DNA of 44,932 bases. Source: Octopus bimaculoides (taxonomy: Eukaryota). The position numbers and the translations under genes are program-made. The stretch is from assembly GCF_001194135.2 (NCBI RefSeq), contig NC_068990.1:85265939-85310870 (forward strand). The letters run 5' to 3'. The notes beneath the pieces were generated by a model that saw only the letters and a list, made by a program, of their open reading frames with translations, made no database searches and had not been told where the DNA came from. Every line of letters starts with the position of its first letter. The stretch's first letter is position 1. This document shows positions 25,158 to 36,989 of this stretch, in pieces.

Positions 25158-26769
25158 AAATATTGCATGCAAGTACCATTGCGAGACATACTGTTAATCA
25201 GCTGTTGGGTAGAGATACCCATGAACTTTGCATCTTTTGACTGTATCACTTCCACTAGGCTTAGCAAGCAATCTTGATTATACCAGGGAAGGGTTACTTT
25301 AACCAGCATTGTAGAACACTTGTTTTCTCTGCCCATTATCATACGGCTATACATGCATCCACTGTACAAAACCAAATGCCAGATGCTGCAGCAATCAACA
25401 CAACGATTTCTTTCCTGAAATATTTATGAATTTGCAGTTTTTGATTAATTGTATCATGAATTTGATAAAATGGCTACAAAAACATTTGGTTAAAAAACAT
25501 CCATGAAATAAGTACCTCGTTGAATCCTCAAGATGAGTAAATAGACAGCAAACAACTGATAAAGGCTCGTTCTTTGTGTTACTTGTCCTGTTTTCCATTT
25601 TTTTCTCTCGTTGTTTGCGTATTTAACTCGTTTGTGTTCGTATTTCATGTTTACAGTTAGTGACGTCCTGTAGTAATATATGCATATATATGCATATATA
25701 TANNNNNNNNNNNNNNNNNNNNNNNNNNNNNNNNNNNNNNNNNNNNNNNNNNNNTATATATATATATATATATATATGATGTATGTATGTATGTATATTA
25801 TTTACATTATTATTCAAGCTGCTGACGTAAATCAGAACACGGAATACCGCCAACAAATTTGTAATGTCCTGGGGTAGAAATTCTCTTCAAGTGAGAGAAC
25901 GTTAGTTTTAGATATGAAATTAAAATTATGGAATAGAAGTTATAGCAATAAATATTCGTTAAATATATCAATGACGTGCTTCTGTGTTATGCGAATAGAA
26001 TTAATGTGGGGCTGAAGACTCACATTATTTCCAATGGGTTTTCTACGGAGGGCAATAAATACATCCTTGATGTATTTGATGAATATTTACGTGCACACAA
26101 CACGCACGTATATACTGTGCCTCCCCATCCTGTACATAATAAAAATAGACGAATAAGCTATCTCGTATTGCTGCAATTGTTTCATTAGGTGTCGTTGTTG
26201 TAATGTAAGCATAACACGTTTGGTTAGATTGTGCAAAGTGTTACATAACTCCCAACTCATCAGGCTACCAAGCAAGCAAGTGAACATTGACTTGCTAATT
26301 AATCAACAGATCAAAAATAAGTGAAATTCTGATCAGAATTACCAGCATTTAAGAAATTTAAGGTGGGTGTGTTTTCATCCTGCCAATTTAGAAGAGTGGA
26401 CAGTTGAATAAGGTCGGAAATAGAAGGACAATTAAAGGTATTAATATCCTAAAGAAATCCTTAAGCCTATCGACCTCGTCCCCAAACGCCAGTATTGACA
26501 GAACCTACTTGAAAATGGAAGTTATATGGCGTAAAGCATGACATTTTACCCGAGTAAAACATGTTTAAAGGTAGCTAGCGACACCGCTCCAAAAACCATT
26601 TATTCTACAATATTACTTCATATAAAATCCTTAAACGACGGCAAAACTATTCTAGAGATCTGTTAAGTTATTCCTCAAGTGTTGACTCATACTTTTCCGA
26701 ACTCATTCCGCAAATTCTGTAAGAACACTTCCTTCAGAACCTACCTAATTTCAATGATGCTTTGCACTA

Positions 26770-28130
26770 AATTTAAAATGGAAAAGAACCTAGTTTCGAT
26801 AGTATTCTGACAGAAGTACTCAGATTAAGGGGAATAAGATGGTGAATTTTCTCTATATCTTATAATTAGTCAGTGGGAAAATTAAGGAATCCCTCGAGGT
26901 TGGAGAGATATATAACCGAAAGTAGTGTACAAAGGAAAAAAGTCGTAAAGACATTTGCGGTAATTTCCATGCACATCCCTCGTCACTGTTGTAAGGATAT
27001 TACTGAGCAGAGTTATTCTTGAAAGGTTCATTCAGCACGTTGGGATATCCCCTTCTAACCGAGTCTTAAGTTTTTTGCATTGGACGTATAACCAATAGCA
27101 TGATATTTTCCGCTCACTAGCTACCAGAGAAACACTTTGAATAGTGATTTGAATTCTGTTACAGCTTCAGTGACTACACCAAGACCTTTGATTCCAATCG
27201 TAATGTGTTATGGGCACTTCTCAGAAAAGTCAGTTGTTCTGACAAATTAACAAATATTAGCAAGTCCTGTAATGTTATGAAGGCTCATACAATAATCGGT
27301 GGAGGGAGAATACTCTGGCCCATTGTCCATCGGCGGTGTTGTAAAACAGGGTAATACTACAGCACCTGCTCTCTTTACTATTTCAGAATATTCCTTTTAC
27401 TATCGCTTTCAAAGACTGCTTGCTCTGAAACTCTTTATATTCGCTATCACACAACTTGTATGTTATTCAGTTTCAAACGGGTTAATTTTAATTTACTTAC
27501 TTTTGTATTTCTGATAAGAGACTTCTGGTACGCTGATGACTATGATAAACTAAAGACACAATGAAAACGATCCTTAAATTCTTATGGATAGAATTTCATT
27601 GGTATGTCACAGGTAAAGCAGCGCAATAAATCTTGATAAAACTGTTATTCTTCATAAGCCCCATAGTTTCTAAATTAACAGTATGTGGTACAACTTTGAA
27701 CGAAACATATCTTGTTTCTAATATATTGGTAGAATGTGAAACAGGGATGTAAATCTTGATGACGAAATTACAAACAGAATCCAGAAGTCAATGATATTTT
27801 TTTTGTGAAATTGCTATCTTTTGGAGAATTACAATCTTCATTATGACCTCAGCGAAATATCTATTTCCAAAACATACATCTGTTTTGTTGTATGATTGTG
27901 AAACATGAACGTTACATTCAAAACATGTCAAGTAGCTGGAGGTTTATCAGCCAAAAGCTGCTTTCAACAAATTTTGCATACATCTTGCAGAAACTACATG
28001 AGTGATGTTGAGGTTTTGGAATTAACAAATGTAAGAATAGAAATAAGGTTTTTTTTATCGCCGTTGCAGATGGACAGGGCATATATTTCGTAAGAATGAG
28101 GAAAGAAAAGCGTCTTTTCAATGGTAAACA
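26770..28130 (+). pseudogene. Old RTE/BovB-like LINE ORF2 (reverse transcriptase), heavily decayed
   Basis: Ordered motifs: NGKEPSFDSILTEV, YKGK..CGNF, DYTKTFDS..LW..L, GVVKQG..APALFTI, YADD, INLDKT, YIG...LDDEITNRIQK, LLYDCET, WTGHIFR. It may extend upstream to about 26400. Confidence 0.85.
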
Positions 28131-28244
28131 ATATTCTAGTGAAAGAACCTTTCACAAACCGACTGCCTTAATTCTGATTTGAAATAAAATGATAGCATTC
28201 ATAAGAAAAGTTTGGAAATGATTGCAACTGATAAAGCTTTATGA

Positions 28245-28322
<78 letters not shown>

Positions 28323-28374
28323 CGCATGTGTGTGTGTGTGTGTGTGTGTGTATCCAAAAAGTGAAGCAAGAACA

Positions 28375-28515
28375 CAATAGACGACAATAAAACATCCGGA
28401 CAGATAGGCGATATAAAGACGGACAAGAAAAAACAAGGATGGTTCATTCGTGGCCTTCTCTCCTCAGTCAAGTTTCAAGATTATCCTTACAGTTTTGGCC
28501 TGTTACACTTGAGAA
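28375..28515 (-). repeat. Dispersed repeat F, second copy
   Basis: Reverse complement is homologous to 9205-9360. Confidence 0.6.
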
Positions 28516-28654
28516 TGTACAAATCTAGCTGGCCCCAAAAATCTAAGCTAAGAGCATTAAATATTTTGGGAGAAAGCAAGCGAAAGTGTACGACAACAAA
28601 GACTAAAAAAACAAAAAACAAACTTCGAATGTCTTTATATGCGTCATGTATCCT

Positions 28655-28865
28655 TTGTATTATAGACACAAAGCCTGAAATTCTGGGGGAGGGCCCTAAT
28701 CAATTACATTCACTTCAATGCTCAACTGGCACTTAATCTATCGACCCCGACAGGATGAAAGGCAAGGCAAGCTCGGCGGAATTTGAACTAAGATTGTAAA
28801 GATGGACGAAGCGTTGCTAAGCATTTTGTCTGCGTGCTAACGATTCCACCAACTTGCCGCCTTAT
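28655..28865 (-). mobile_element. Full-length SINE family A
   Basis: Tail, core and head (gctaacgattccaccaacttgccgcc) are all recognisable. Confidence 0.85.
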
Positions 28866-29669
28866 ATGTGCGTCTTATATACCATCTTATATGCCATCAA
28901 ATCCGATAAGTATTGCTTCTATGATGTATTGTCTCGTAAAGACTAAGAGATTTTTAAACTTCCAGACAATATAAAACACTATTTTGGCACACATTTGTAA
29001 GGAAAAGCTGTATGTAGTCTACTGAATTGAGCAACAATATATAACAGGTACTAAGTTTTTCAAAATTCCTATGAGCAAAAATCCATCATTAAACCCGATA
29101 GGATTTGAACTCGTAACGTAACAGAATGGAAATAAAAATTAGCATTGGGCATTTATTTTGACGCTCTACTGTTTTCTGCCACGCCCATGTCCTCGTTTTA
29201 GTTAAGGTCAGTATTTTATGTATTTGAATTACAAGCCACGCCCCAAAATCATCATGATGTTGCGCTGAATATTTATTGTTTTACCATATCACAGGAAGTT
29301 TTAGTAAATCAGTGATGTAAGGAATAAAGAAATGAACTGGCGGTTCTTCAGCTGTCGTCAAAAAAAAAAAAAGAAAAATGTATGGAAGACCAAACTGGCT
29401 GGTAATGTTCATTAATGTTCTTTGCACCGTTGAAAGCACCCAACACAGAGCACCAAGGAATTTATGAATCAGCAAAAGAAACTCCAAGTTGTTCGATTTT
29501 CTAACTGCCAAATCTCCCTCAGATAACGTTCACGATATCTTCGTAGATGAAAAATATTAGATAATGCGGTCCTAGATATACTGTGTCTGAAAAAGAGACA
29601 GGATGGTAAGTAAAGGCTCATAAGCGATCCAACATTAAACAGCTATTCTTCCAGACAGCTCCCCTCCCA

Positions 29670-29966
29670 GTGTTCTGCCTTCGGAGTTACGGGGACGTAA
29701 AGGCACCAGCATCGGTTGTCAAGCGATAGACACACAAAATATATACTTACATACATACATACNNNNNNNNNNACAAAATATATACTTACATACATACATA
29801 CGTATATATATATACGACGGGCTTCTTTCTGTTTCCGTCTGCCAAATCCACTCACAAGATTTTGGTTGGCCCGAGACTCTAGTAGAAGACACTTGTCCAA
29901 GGTGCCACGCAGTGGGACTGAACCCGGAACCATGTGGTTGGTAAGCAGCTACTTACCATACAGCCA
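29670..29966 (-). mobile_element. SINE family B including tRNA-like head
   Basis: Head on minus strand: ggctgtatggtaagtagctgcttaccaaccacatggttccgggttcagtcccactgcgtggcacc. Confidence 0.85.
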
Positions 29967-30465
29967 TTTTTCTTTAAAGCCACCTTATTACATTACATTT
30001 AATTCAATGCAGCTTTCAGNNNNNNNNNNNNNNNNNNNNNNNNNNNNNNNNNNNNNNNNNNNNNNNNNNNNNNNNNNNNNNNNNNNNNNNNNNNNCAGAC
30101 ACAAAAAAAAAAAAAGATTCTCAGCTCCTGGTAAAGTAGCCTAGATTAAACTCAGCACTTAACTGTTTTATTGACTATTAATTTGACGCCGAGAATGCTG
30201 GTTCTGGCCTGGTAACAACCAATAATCAGCATTCTATTGGACTTTTCTTGTTGCTTTTTTTTTGATGTTACAACTGGTGGGGTTTGTTAATTTCTTTGGG
30301 AAATAAATCTTTCAAATGTCTTTCTTAAAAAAGAAATTAAGCATTTAGGTTTGATGTCCTCCACTCTGACAAACGTCTTGCTTTTCTCTTTTCCTTAAAA
30401 AGTAAAATACTTGAAAATGTTACTTATATATCTAGATGTAATTAACATTCAAAACTAAAGCTTCT

Positions 30466-30693
30466 TATTTCTTTATTGCCCACAAGGGGCTACACACAGA
30501 GGGGACAAACAAGGACAGACAAACGGATTATATCGACACCAGTGCGTAACTGGTACTTATTTAATCGACCCCGAAAGGATGAAAGGCAAAGTCGACCCCG
30601 GCGGAATGAATTTGAACTCAGAACGTAACGGTAGACGAAATACCGCTAAGCATTTCGCCCGGCACCCTAACATTTCTGCCAGCTCGCCGCCTT
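30466..30693 (-). mobile_element. Young full-length SINE family A (tail A2) with 13-bp TSD
   Basis: Exact direct repeat AACTAAAGCTTCT at 30453-30465 and 30694-30706. CpGs are largely retained. Confidence 0.95.
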
Positions 30694-30712
30694 AACTAAA
30701 GCTTCTCTTTAC

Positions 30713-30839
30713 CAATTCTTCTATTAAGAGGTTTTTAAATTGATCACCTCCTTCCCATAGATCGTCAGAAAAGCTACCACCACCATCTGATGCGTCGGAG
30801 ACATCATGCACTGTCACTTTTGCACATTTTCTTCTATGT
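30713..30839 (-). CDS. Candidate exon, product unknown
   Basis: Pyrimidine-rich acceptor tttgttttattttcgtacttcagattttcag|, one open frame HRRKCAKVTVHDVSDASDGGGSFSDDLWEGGDQFKNLLIEEL, possible donor G|GTAAAG at 30712. No family recognised. Confidence 0.3.
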
Positions 30840-31905
30840 CTGAAAATCTGAAGTACGAAAATAAAACAAAGCATCCACCCGAGATGCATTCAATGGTAGA
30901 GTATACTATTCACTTTCGTGCACAACTCGCACCGTTGCATACTCTCCCTCCCTCCCTTCTCTTTTTCTCTCTTCTATGAGGAATCCTATGACACCCATCG
31001 TATTCTTTAGATATTTCTCTGCTTAAACGTGAGCAGGGTTTTTTTTTTTTTTCATTTAGTCCTTCTTGAACATTTTTACTAATTTGTACATAACCGTGCA
31101 CTGAAATCGTATTTCCCCAGCAACACAATTACGCCTGGCTGGGAAAGTTGAAGTTCTAGCTTTATTTTCTCAGCCTGGTTCTGTAACTAGTACTGTATCC
31201 AGTTACATGTTGATTTTGTGAAAGAACCTTTGACTTTGTTGTTGTTAATGTTAACATTGTAGTTAAAAACTATGCTTTTTTATTGTTATTCTTATTATTA
31301 CTGTTGTTGTCCTCGTCGTTCTTACTAGTGCTTTTGAGGTTGTTCCTACCATTGTGTTGACCTTCTTATTCCTTATACTATTACGACTATTTCTTTAATC
31401 CTTCTCCGATAGAGGAGGATAACCGCTCTCTTTATAAAGATCCACTCTTACCACGACTTCTGAAGACATTTCTAAACGTTAGAACGGCAAGAAATGAAGT
31501 TCAAATATCTTTCTCCACAGTGGAGCTGTTCCAGACACTTGCATGTCTCTAGTTACTAAATATATTATAAATTATGTGAAACCATAAATAGCAATTTACA
31601 CACTCTGTAAGTAAAATATTTATACACGATTAAGATTTACTCGCCACAAGAGCAGCTACACTTCATGTTAGTATTGTTTTCTTAGGGGAAACAAATGAAT
31701 GCCTAATATTTTTGTGGTATGTAGAGTATTTGCCTTTCAGACATTTGCTGAGATAAGCTACGAGTTCTCCACTTGTGGATTTTTATGAGAGCTCATCAGG
31801 AAGTGAGTGTTTCTCAGGAATTCCCTGCCGCCCCGCAGGATGTTGTTCACTTCATTTTCAGCACTTGACTGTTGCATTTATTTTAGCGGCTGTTATTTAG
31901 CACGT

Positions 31906-31996
31906 GCTGTCTGGGTGATATCATACGACGCTCAAAGGCTGCCTGGGTGGTATCATACGACGCTCAAAGGCTGTCTGGGTGATATCATACGACGCT
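31906..31996. repeat. 32-bp minisatellite, about 2.8 copies
   Basis: GCTGTCTGGGTGATATCATACGACGCTCAAAG at 31906 and 31938 (2 substitutions), and a 27-nt partial copy at 31970. Confidence 0.95.
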
Positions 31997-32089
31997 ATAT
32001 CTAGAAATATCAAACATACAAAGATAGTAATCTTCAATATGGTTTATCTCCAGACTATTGACACACTAAAACTCATTCTATAACCTCCG

Positions 32090-32500
32090 ATTTATAACTC
32101 AAATTCGAAATAGAGATTAAAGCACGCATGGTTTGTCTTGATCACCTAATTTCACTATAAAATACGTAAAATATACTCCTCAAAAAAAAATCTGCAAGAA
32201 TTTGTTGCTGTCTTGCTGCTATTGCAGAGGAGCCACGAATGTAACAGAAGACATCCGGACTCTACTTGCATTTCCTACGCCCACTAGAATTAGCCATATT
32301 AGATTACATGTCATGACAGACAACCTAGAAATACAGTGTATAACTTAGTTTTTGTAGGGTCCGTGTATCTGAAGATACATTCAACTAATACTGAAATAAA
32401 TAAGGAAGCACAGACCTACAGCTATCTAGATTACTATTGTATACAAACCAACCTGGGAAAACTATCGCCCTCGTCTATCTAAGCTTACAGAACATTTTTC
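32090..32500 (+). pseudogene. Possible ancient RTE-like LINE remnant
   Basis: Weak motif echoes only (FEIEIKARM; TEDIRTLLAF; RPRL). Confidence 0.3.
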
Positions 32501-32881
32501 GTAAGAAGTTTATTGGCTTTACAACTTTTCTCAGCTAATAACAATTGTCGGTTGGTACTAACTTAAACTATGCCAGATACTTTCTCCCTTTTTAGGGAGT
32601 CCATCTGGAAAACGAGTGTATATATANNNNNNNNNNNNNNNNNNNNNNNNNNNNNNNNNNNNNNNNNNNNNNNNNNNNNNNNNNNNNNNNNNNNNNNNNN
32701 NNNNNNNNNNNNNNNNNNNNNNNNNNNNNNNNNNNNNNNNNNNNNNNNNNNNNNNNNNNNNNNNNNNNNNNNNNNNNNNNNNNNNNNNNNNNNNNNNNNN
32801 NNNTTATGTTCGGTTAAACAAAAACAATGTTACATTAATCTGATGGGTTACTCTATCCTTTTGTTGGGCACAAATTTATTT

Positions 32882-33009
32882 TTCTTAAACAAGAATGTTG
32901 TTGGCAGAGGCTTTGAAGTTTTAACCAGTTGGGTCATCATCGGCAGTCCAATGATGGCTTAGCTGGTGGAAACTTCGAAGTCACAGTCAACAACATTCTT
33001 GTTTAAGAA
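32882..33009 (+). ncRNA. Gap-free 59-bp hairpin with 10-nt loop (structured RNA candidate or MITE)
   Basis: 32882-32940 pairs with 32951-33009: 48 Watson-Crick pairs, 8 G-T, 3 mismatches, no indels. The outer 22 bp are perfect. Confidence 0.45.
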
Positions 33010-33064
33010 TAATCTAATATATAAAATCCGTTCTGTCTGTCTGTTTGTGCAACATTTCTACAAG

Positions 33065-33215
33065 TTTAACGTTCTGAATTCAAATTCCGCCAGGTTGACT
33101 TTGCTTTTCATCCTTTCGGGGTCGATAAATTAAATACCAGTTGAACGTTGAGGTTGATATAATGGACTATCCCCTCCCCCAAAATCCAGGCCTTGTATCT
33201 CTAGTAGAATTAATG
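33065..33215 (+). mobile_element. SINE family A (5'-truncated)
   Basis: ttcaaattccgccaggttgactttgcttttcatcctttcggggtcgataaatt...cccctcccccaaaatccaggccttg. Confidence 0.85.
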
Positions 33216-33649
33216 TTTTATTTGAAATCAGCGCCCTAAATTTCATCGTTTAAGAAGTAAACTTGTTACGGACACATAATTATGTGTCAGTTTCCGTCTA
33301 TAAAACTTCATTCACAAAATATAGTAGAAACAAAAATTATCCAAGTGCCGTGTAGTGGGATCGAACTGAAACTTCGTACATACCGCTCACGCCAGTGAAA
33401 GATATGTGGATGATATTTCATCCGGGTTATCTGAAACTTTATTAGGATATTCCTCCGTTCTATTTATCTATAGAAATTTAATTCTGTTCAACGTTTTACA
33501 TTAGTTTATGCTGTGTAGTTGCTTTACATACAAAACGAAGTGAACGACTACCTATCACAACATACTTATATGAGATGAGTAGACAAAACTATTTATCTAT
33601 AGCAGCTGTTCGCTGGTCGTTTTATTTCCTTTCCATCCTCAATTTAGAT

Positions 33650-34330
33650 TCTCGGTCCATTTTACAGCGAAATGCTAGGTCCTTCTTTATAACTTCCTTA
33701 TCTCTGGATTTTTTTTTATAAACTTTCGGTTAATTGATTCTGTTTTCGTCATTATGTCGAAAGCTAGATATGTTGTCGAATGATAATCTGTTTTGAAGTA
33801 GTAACGTTGCTGTATTGGCATGTCAGTTGTCGACCGAATATTGCAGGAATTTTAGTATTTTAATGGTTTATAAAATCCAGCTCGCTTGAAAAGAATGATG
33901 CCTTCCATTCAGTATATCTTCATATTCTATCATAAAAATGTCATTTTTACCATACAAGCTTTAGTTGCAGTTAAAAAAAGAGACCTAAAAAGCGCTCCAA
34001 CTATGAAAGTTCCGTCTTTTCATCAGATATTGCGTATCGAGAACTAATTATCCAATGTGTTCTTTATTGTTCATACGCTATGGAGTAATTCGATGGAAAA
34101 TTGGCTAATTCTAGTATACTAAGCTATCTGGTCGAGGTTTTCTCATTGGCTGAACTGATGTTTTTAAAATTAAGTGTGATTTGTAACAGATTCAGCTTTT
34201 ATTTCTCTCAGGTCAAGTAATTGCGTAACAGTTTTTTCCTGCATTGAATTCTTTCAACGAAACTGAAAAAGCATAAATGGGAATCATTGCCATATATCCA
34301 TTCGTCTCAGACATCGCGAACTTTACAGGT
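33650..34330 (+). pseudogene. Possible very degraded mariner C-terminal remnant
   Basis: ILQRNARS (like LHDNARPH) near 33660 and WESLPY...DIA (like WEVLPHPPYSPDLA) near 34280. The spacing is not canonical. Confidence 0.25.
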
Positions 34331-34392
34331 CCACTAGAAGTTCTATATCCTTACATCATATTTCAACAATATTTATTATTATTATCCTTAAT

Positions 34393-34585
34393 AAGGCGGT
34401 GAGCTGGCAGAATCGTTAGCACGTCGGATGAAATGCTTAGAGGTATTTCGTCCGTCTCCACGTTCTGAGTTCAAATTCTGCCAAGGTCGACTTTGCCTTT
34501 CATCCTTTCGGAATCGATAAAACAAGTACCAGTTGAGTACTGGGGTCGATGTAATCGACTATCTCCCTACCCCAAATTTCAGGCT
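34393..34585 (+). mobile_element. SINE family A lacking its normal tail
   Basis: Head ggcggtgagctggcagaatcgttagcacg and core. It breaks off at aaatttcaggct. Confidence 0.9.
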
Positions 34586-34836
34586 TAACATTGTCCCAAA
34601 ACTGATCAAAGAGGAAAAGGATCCCATCACCTTTAAACGGAGTCTGGACAATTTTTTTCAAGGAATACCAGATAAGCCACCCATACCTGGATACAACTCA
34701 CTCAACAAGAACTCACTACTTGAATGGACCATAATACCACAAAACTTGACTTAAAAAAGATTTAGATAATCCTATCAGGCGGTGCTGTTAAGTTACACAT
34801 GGCCTGGACCAGTCTTTAGTGGAAACATATCTAAGC
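34586..34836 (+). mobile_element. 3' end of a CR1-like LINE
   Basis: NIVPKLIKEEKDPITFKRSLDNFFQGIPDKPPIPGYNSLNKNSLLEW matches the C-terminal pattern FN..P..I....FK..LD.F...IPD.P..PGY....NSL of CR1-group ORF2, followed by a short 3' UTR. Confidence 0.7.
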
Positions 34837-34842
34837 GCTATA

Positions 34843-34875
<33 letters not shown>

Positions 34876-35610
34876 GTATGTATGTATGTATACACACACA
34901 TACATATATATGTAAACCTTGTTCATAGGGACCCTGCTTGTAGAAAATATATGTAATAAGTCCAAATCAGGTTAGTACAGTTAATATTTGGTATGGAGTA
35001 AGACCTTGTTTGTACGAAACATGTAGACGAAGTTAAGTAGGGTTAATATTATATACGTTTCGTGTAATGTGTTGCCTGTTAGTGTTTATTAAAATCTAGA
35101 AAGAACTAGAAAAAATATGTAAAGGAAATGATGACAGCAGTAAGCAATTTTGCGGATGCACTGCAAGTTGTTGATAGTGTTATGCACATCATCGAAGTTG
35201 TCACTTTTGTTATTGTTGTTGTCGTCAGGGTGTAGTTGTTGTTATAGTTGGGGCAATGTGTTTGTTGCTATTTTTTCTTTTTTTTTTTTTTTNNNNNNNN
35301 NNTTTTTTTTTTTTTTTTTTTTTGGTGTTATGGTAGTGCGACTGGCATCGTTGTTGTTGTTGCAGGTTTAACTGTTGTTGTTGTTGTTGTTATTGTTGGT
35401 CTTGTGTCTGTTGTTATGGTGATGGCGTTGGCTTTTTTTTCTTTTCTTTTTTTTTTTGATAATGCTAGCTAAAATACTTGCTGTCGTTGTTGATTCTACA
35501 ACCATAAAATTGGATTTTATGCCGTTTAGTACTTGTTTACTTCAGCTTCTCAGAAATTAAAACCACCAGAAACCTCGTTATGACATAAATCATAATCGTG
35601 CAGAACCTTT

Positions 35611-36010
35611 AGGCGTAGCTGTGTGGTAAGAAACTTGCTTCCCAACCGTAGGGTCTTGGGTTCAGTCCTACTGCGCAGTAGTTTTGGCAAGTGTCTTCCA
35701 ATATAATTTTGAGTCGACAAAAGCCTTGTGAATGAATTTGGTAAACGGAAACTGTGTGTGTGTGTGTATATATATATATAGTATATATGTATATATCTGT
35801 GTGTCAGTGTCTTTGTGTTTGTCCTCCAGCAACGCTTGAGAACCGATTTAGTTTGTTTACGTTCCCGTAACGTAGCGGCTCGGCAATAAGAGGTTGATAG
35901 AATAAGTAGCAGGCTTAAAATAAAGTACAAGGACTTGTTTGTTCGATTAAACCTTTCAAGGTGGTGCTCCAGCATGGCCTCAGTTCAGGGACTGAGACAA
36001 GTAGAGAAAG
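35611..36010 (+). mobile_element. Full-length SINE family B
   Basis: Head ggcgtagctgtgtggtaagaaacttgcttcccaacc...gggttcagtcc, internal (TG)/(TA) tract, 3' end ggtggtgctccagcatggcc...gactgagacaagta. Confidence 0.85.
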
Positions 36011-36306
36011 ACTTGTTACTCATTGCTTACATTAGTCTAATGTATGAAATGTGTAGAGGAATGGTTGTAGTTGTGTTATTCGACCCTAATGTATCACTGG
36101 TAATAATTCACTCGCTCCCTTAATGATGAAAATCAAACTCGACTTGCAGTGGTTTTGATCTCAGGGTACAAAGAAATGAAAATGTTGTCACGAACGTCGA
36201 CATGAGGAAGTGTGGATGTATACATGTACGTCTTTGTGCGAGCATCACTGCATGTGCATTTGCATGAGTGTATACAGGATAGTTCTCCATAAACCTTAAC
36301 ACACAC

Positions 36307-36344
<38 letters not shown>

Positions 36345-36463
36345 NNNNNNNNNNNNNNNNNNNNNNNNNNNNNNNNNNNNNNNNNNNNNNNNNNNNNNNN
36401 NNNNNNNNNNNNNNNNNNNNNNNNNNNNNNNNNNNNNNNNNNNNNNNNNNNNNNNNNNNNNNN

Positions 36464-36950
36464 GTCCTCTCTGGAGCTGATCTGTCAAGTATTTACACAC
36501 TGCTGAGAAGAGCGCAAGTCGGGCGGGAAGGCCATTTTATTGGCATGCCTGACATGCAACTCCCCAAGAGACTGTTTTGCAGCGAACTGGCGGAAGGCAA
36601 GCGCACACAAAGTGAACAGAAAAAGCATTTTAAGGAAACACTTAAAGCCTCACTGATGAGCTTTGAGATCAACCCGGATACTTGGAAAGACCGCCCTGCC
36701 TGGCGAACCTGCACCAACAGAGGTGATACCTCCTTCGAACAGAATAGGATTGCAGGGGCACAAAGAAACATTAACTGCGCAAGTTTAGAGCTAACTCGTT
36801 GCCGTCAGTCCCTGCTGACCATCAGTGCCCGACCTGCAGCAGAACCTTCCGAGCGCGCATCGGACTGATCGGCCACAACTGGACACAGCGTGACCCATCT
36901 TCTTCTCCCGTGTGATGTCCTTGGTTTTCGTCAACAACGACGGATGAACA
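36464..36950 (+). pseudogene. RTE/BovB LINE 3' end (relatively young)
   Basis: SIYTLLRRAQ...GH...MPDMQLPKRLFCSELAEGKR...KKHFKETLKASL..., then after a frameshift CPTCSRTFRARIGLIGH, then tail gtccttggttttcgtcaacaacgacggatgaac. Confidence 0.9.
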
Positions 36951-36989
36951 TTCATTCACTCATGTTCTAATCTAATCACTTTATTAGGT

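Noticed and set aside
25200-25390. 95-aa minus-strand ORF
   Set aside because: No recognisable domain and weak splice signals.
31745-31805. Hammerhead on the minus strand (CTGATGAGCTC...)
   Set aside because: No GAAA and no coherent helix II or III.
31906-31996. CRISPR array
   Set aside because: The units are directly adjacent with no spacers, there are no cas genes, and the context is eukaryotic.
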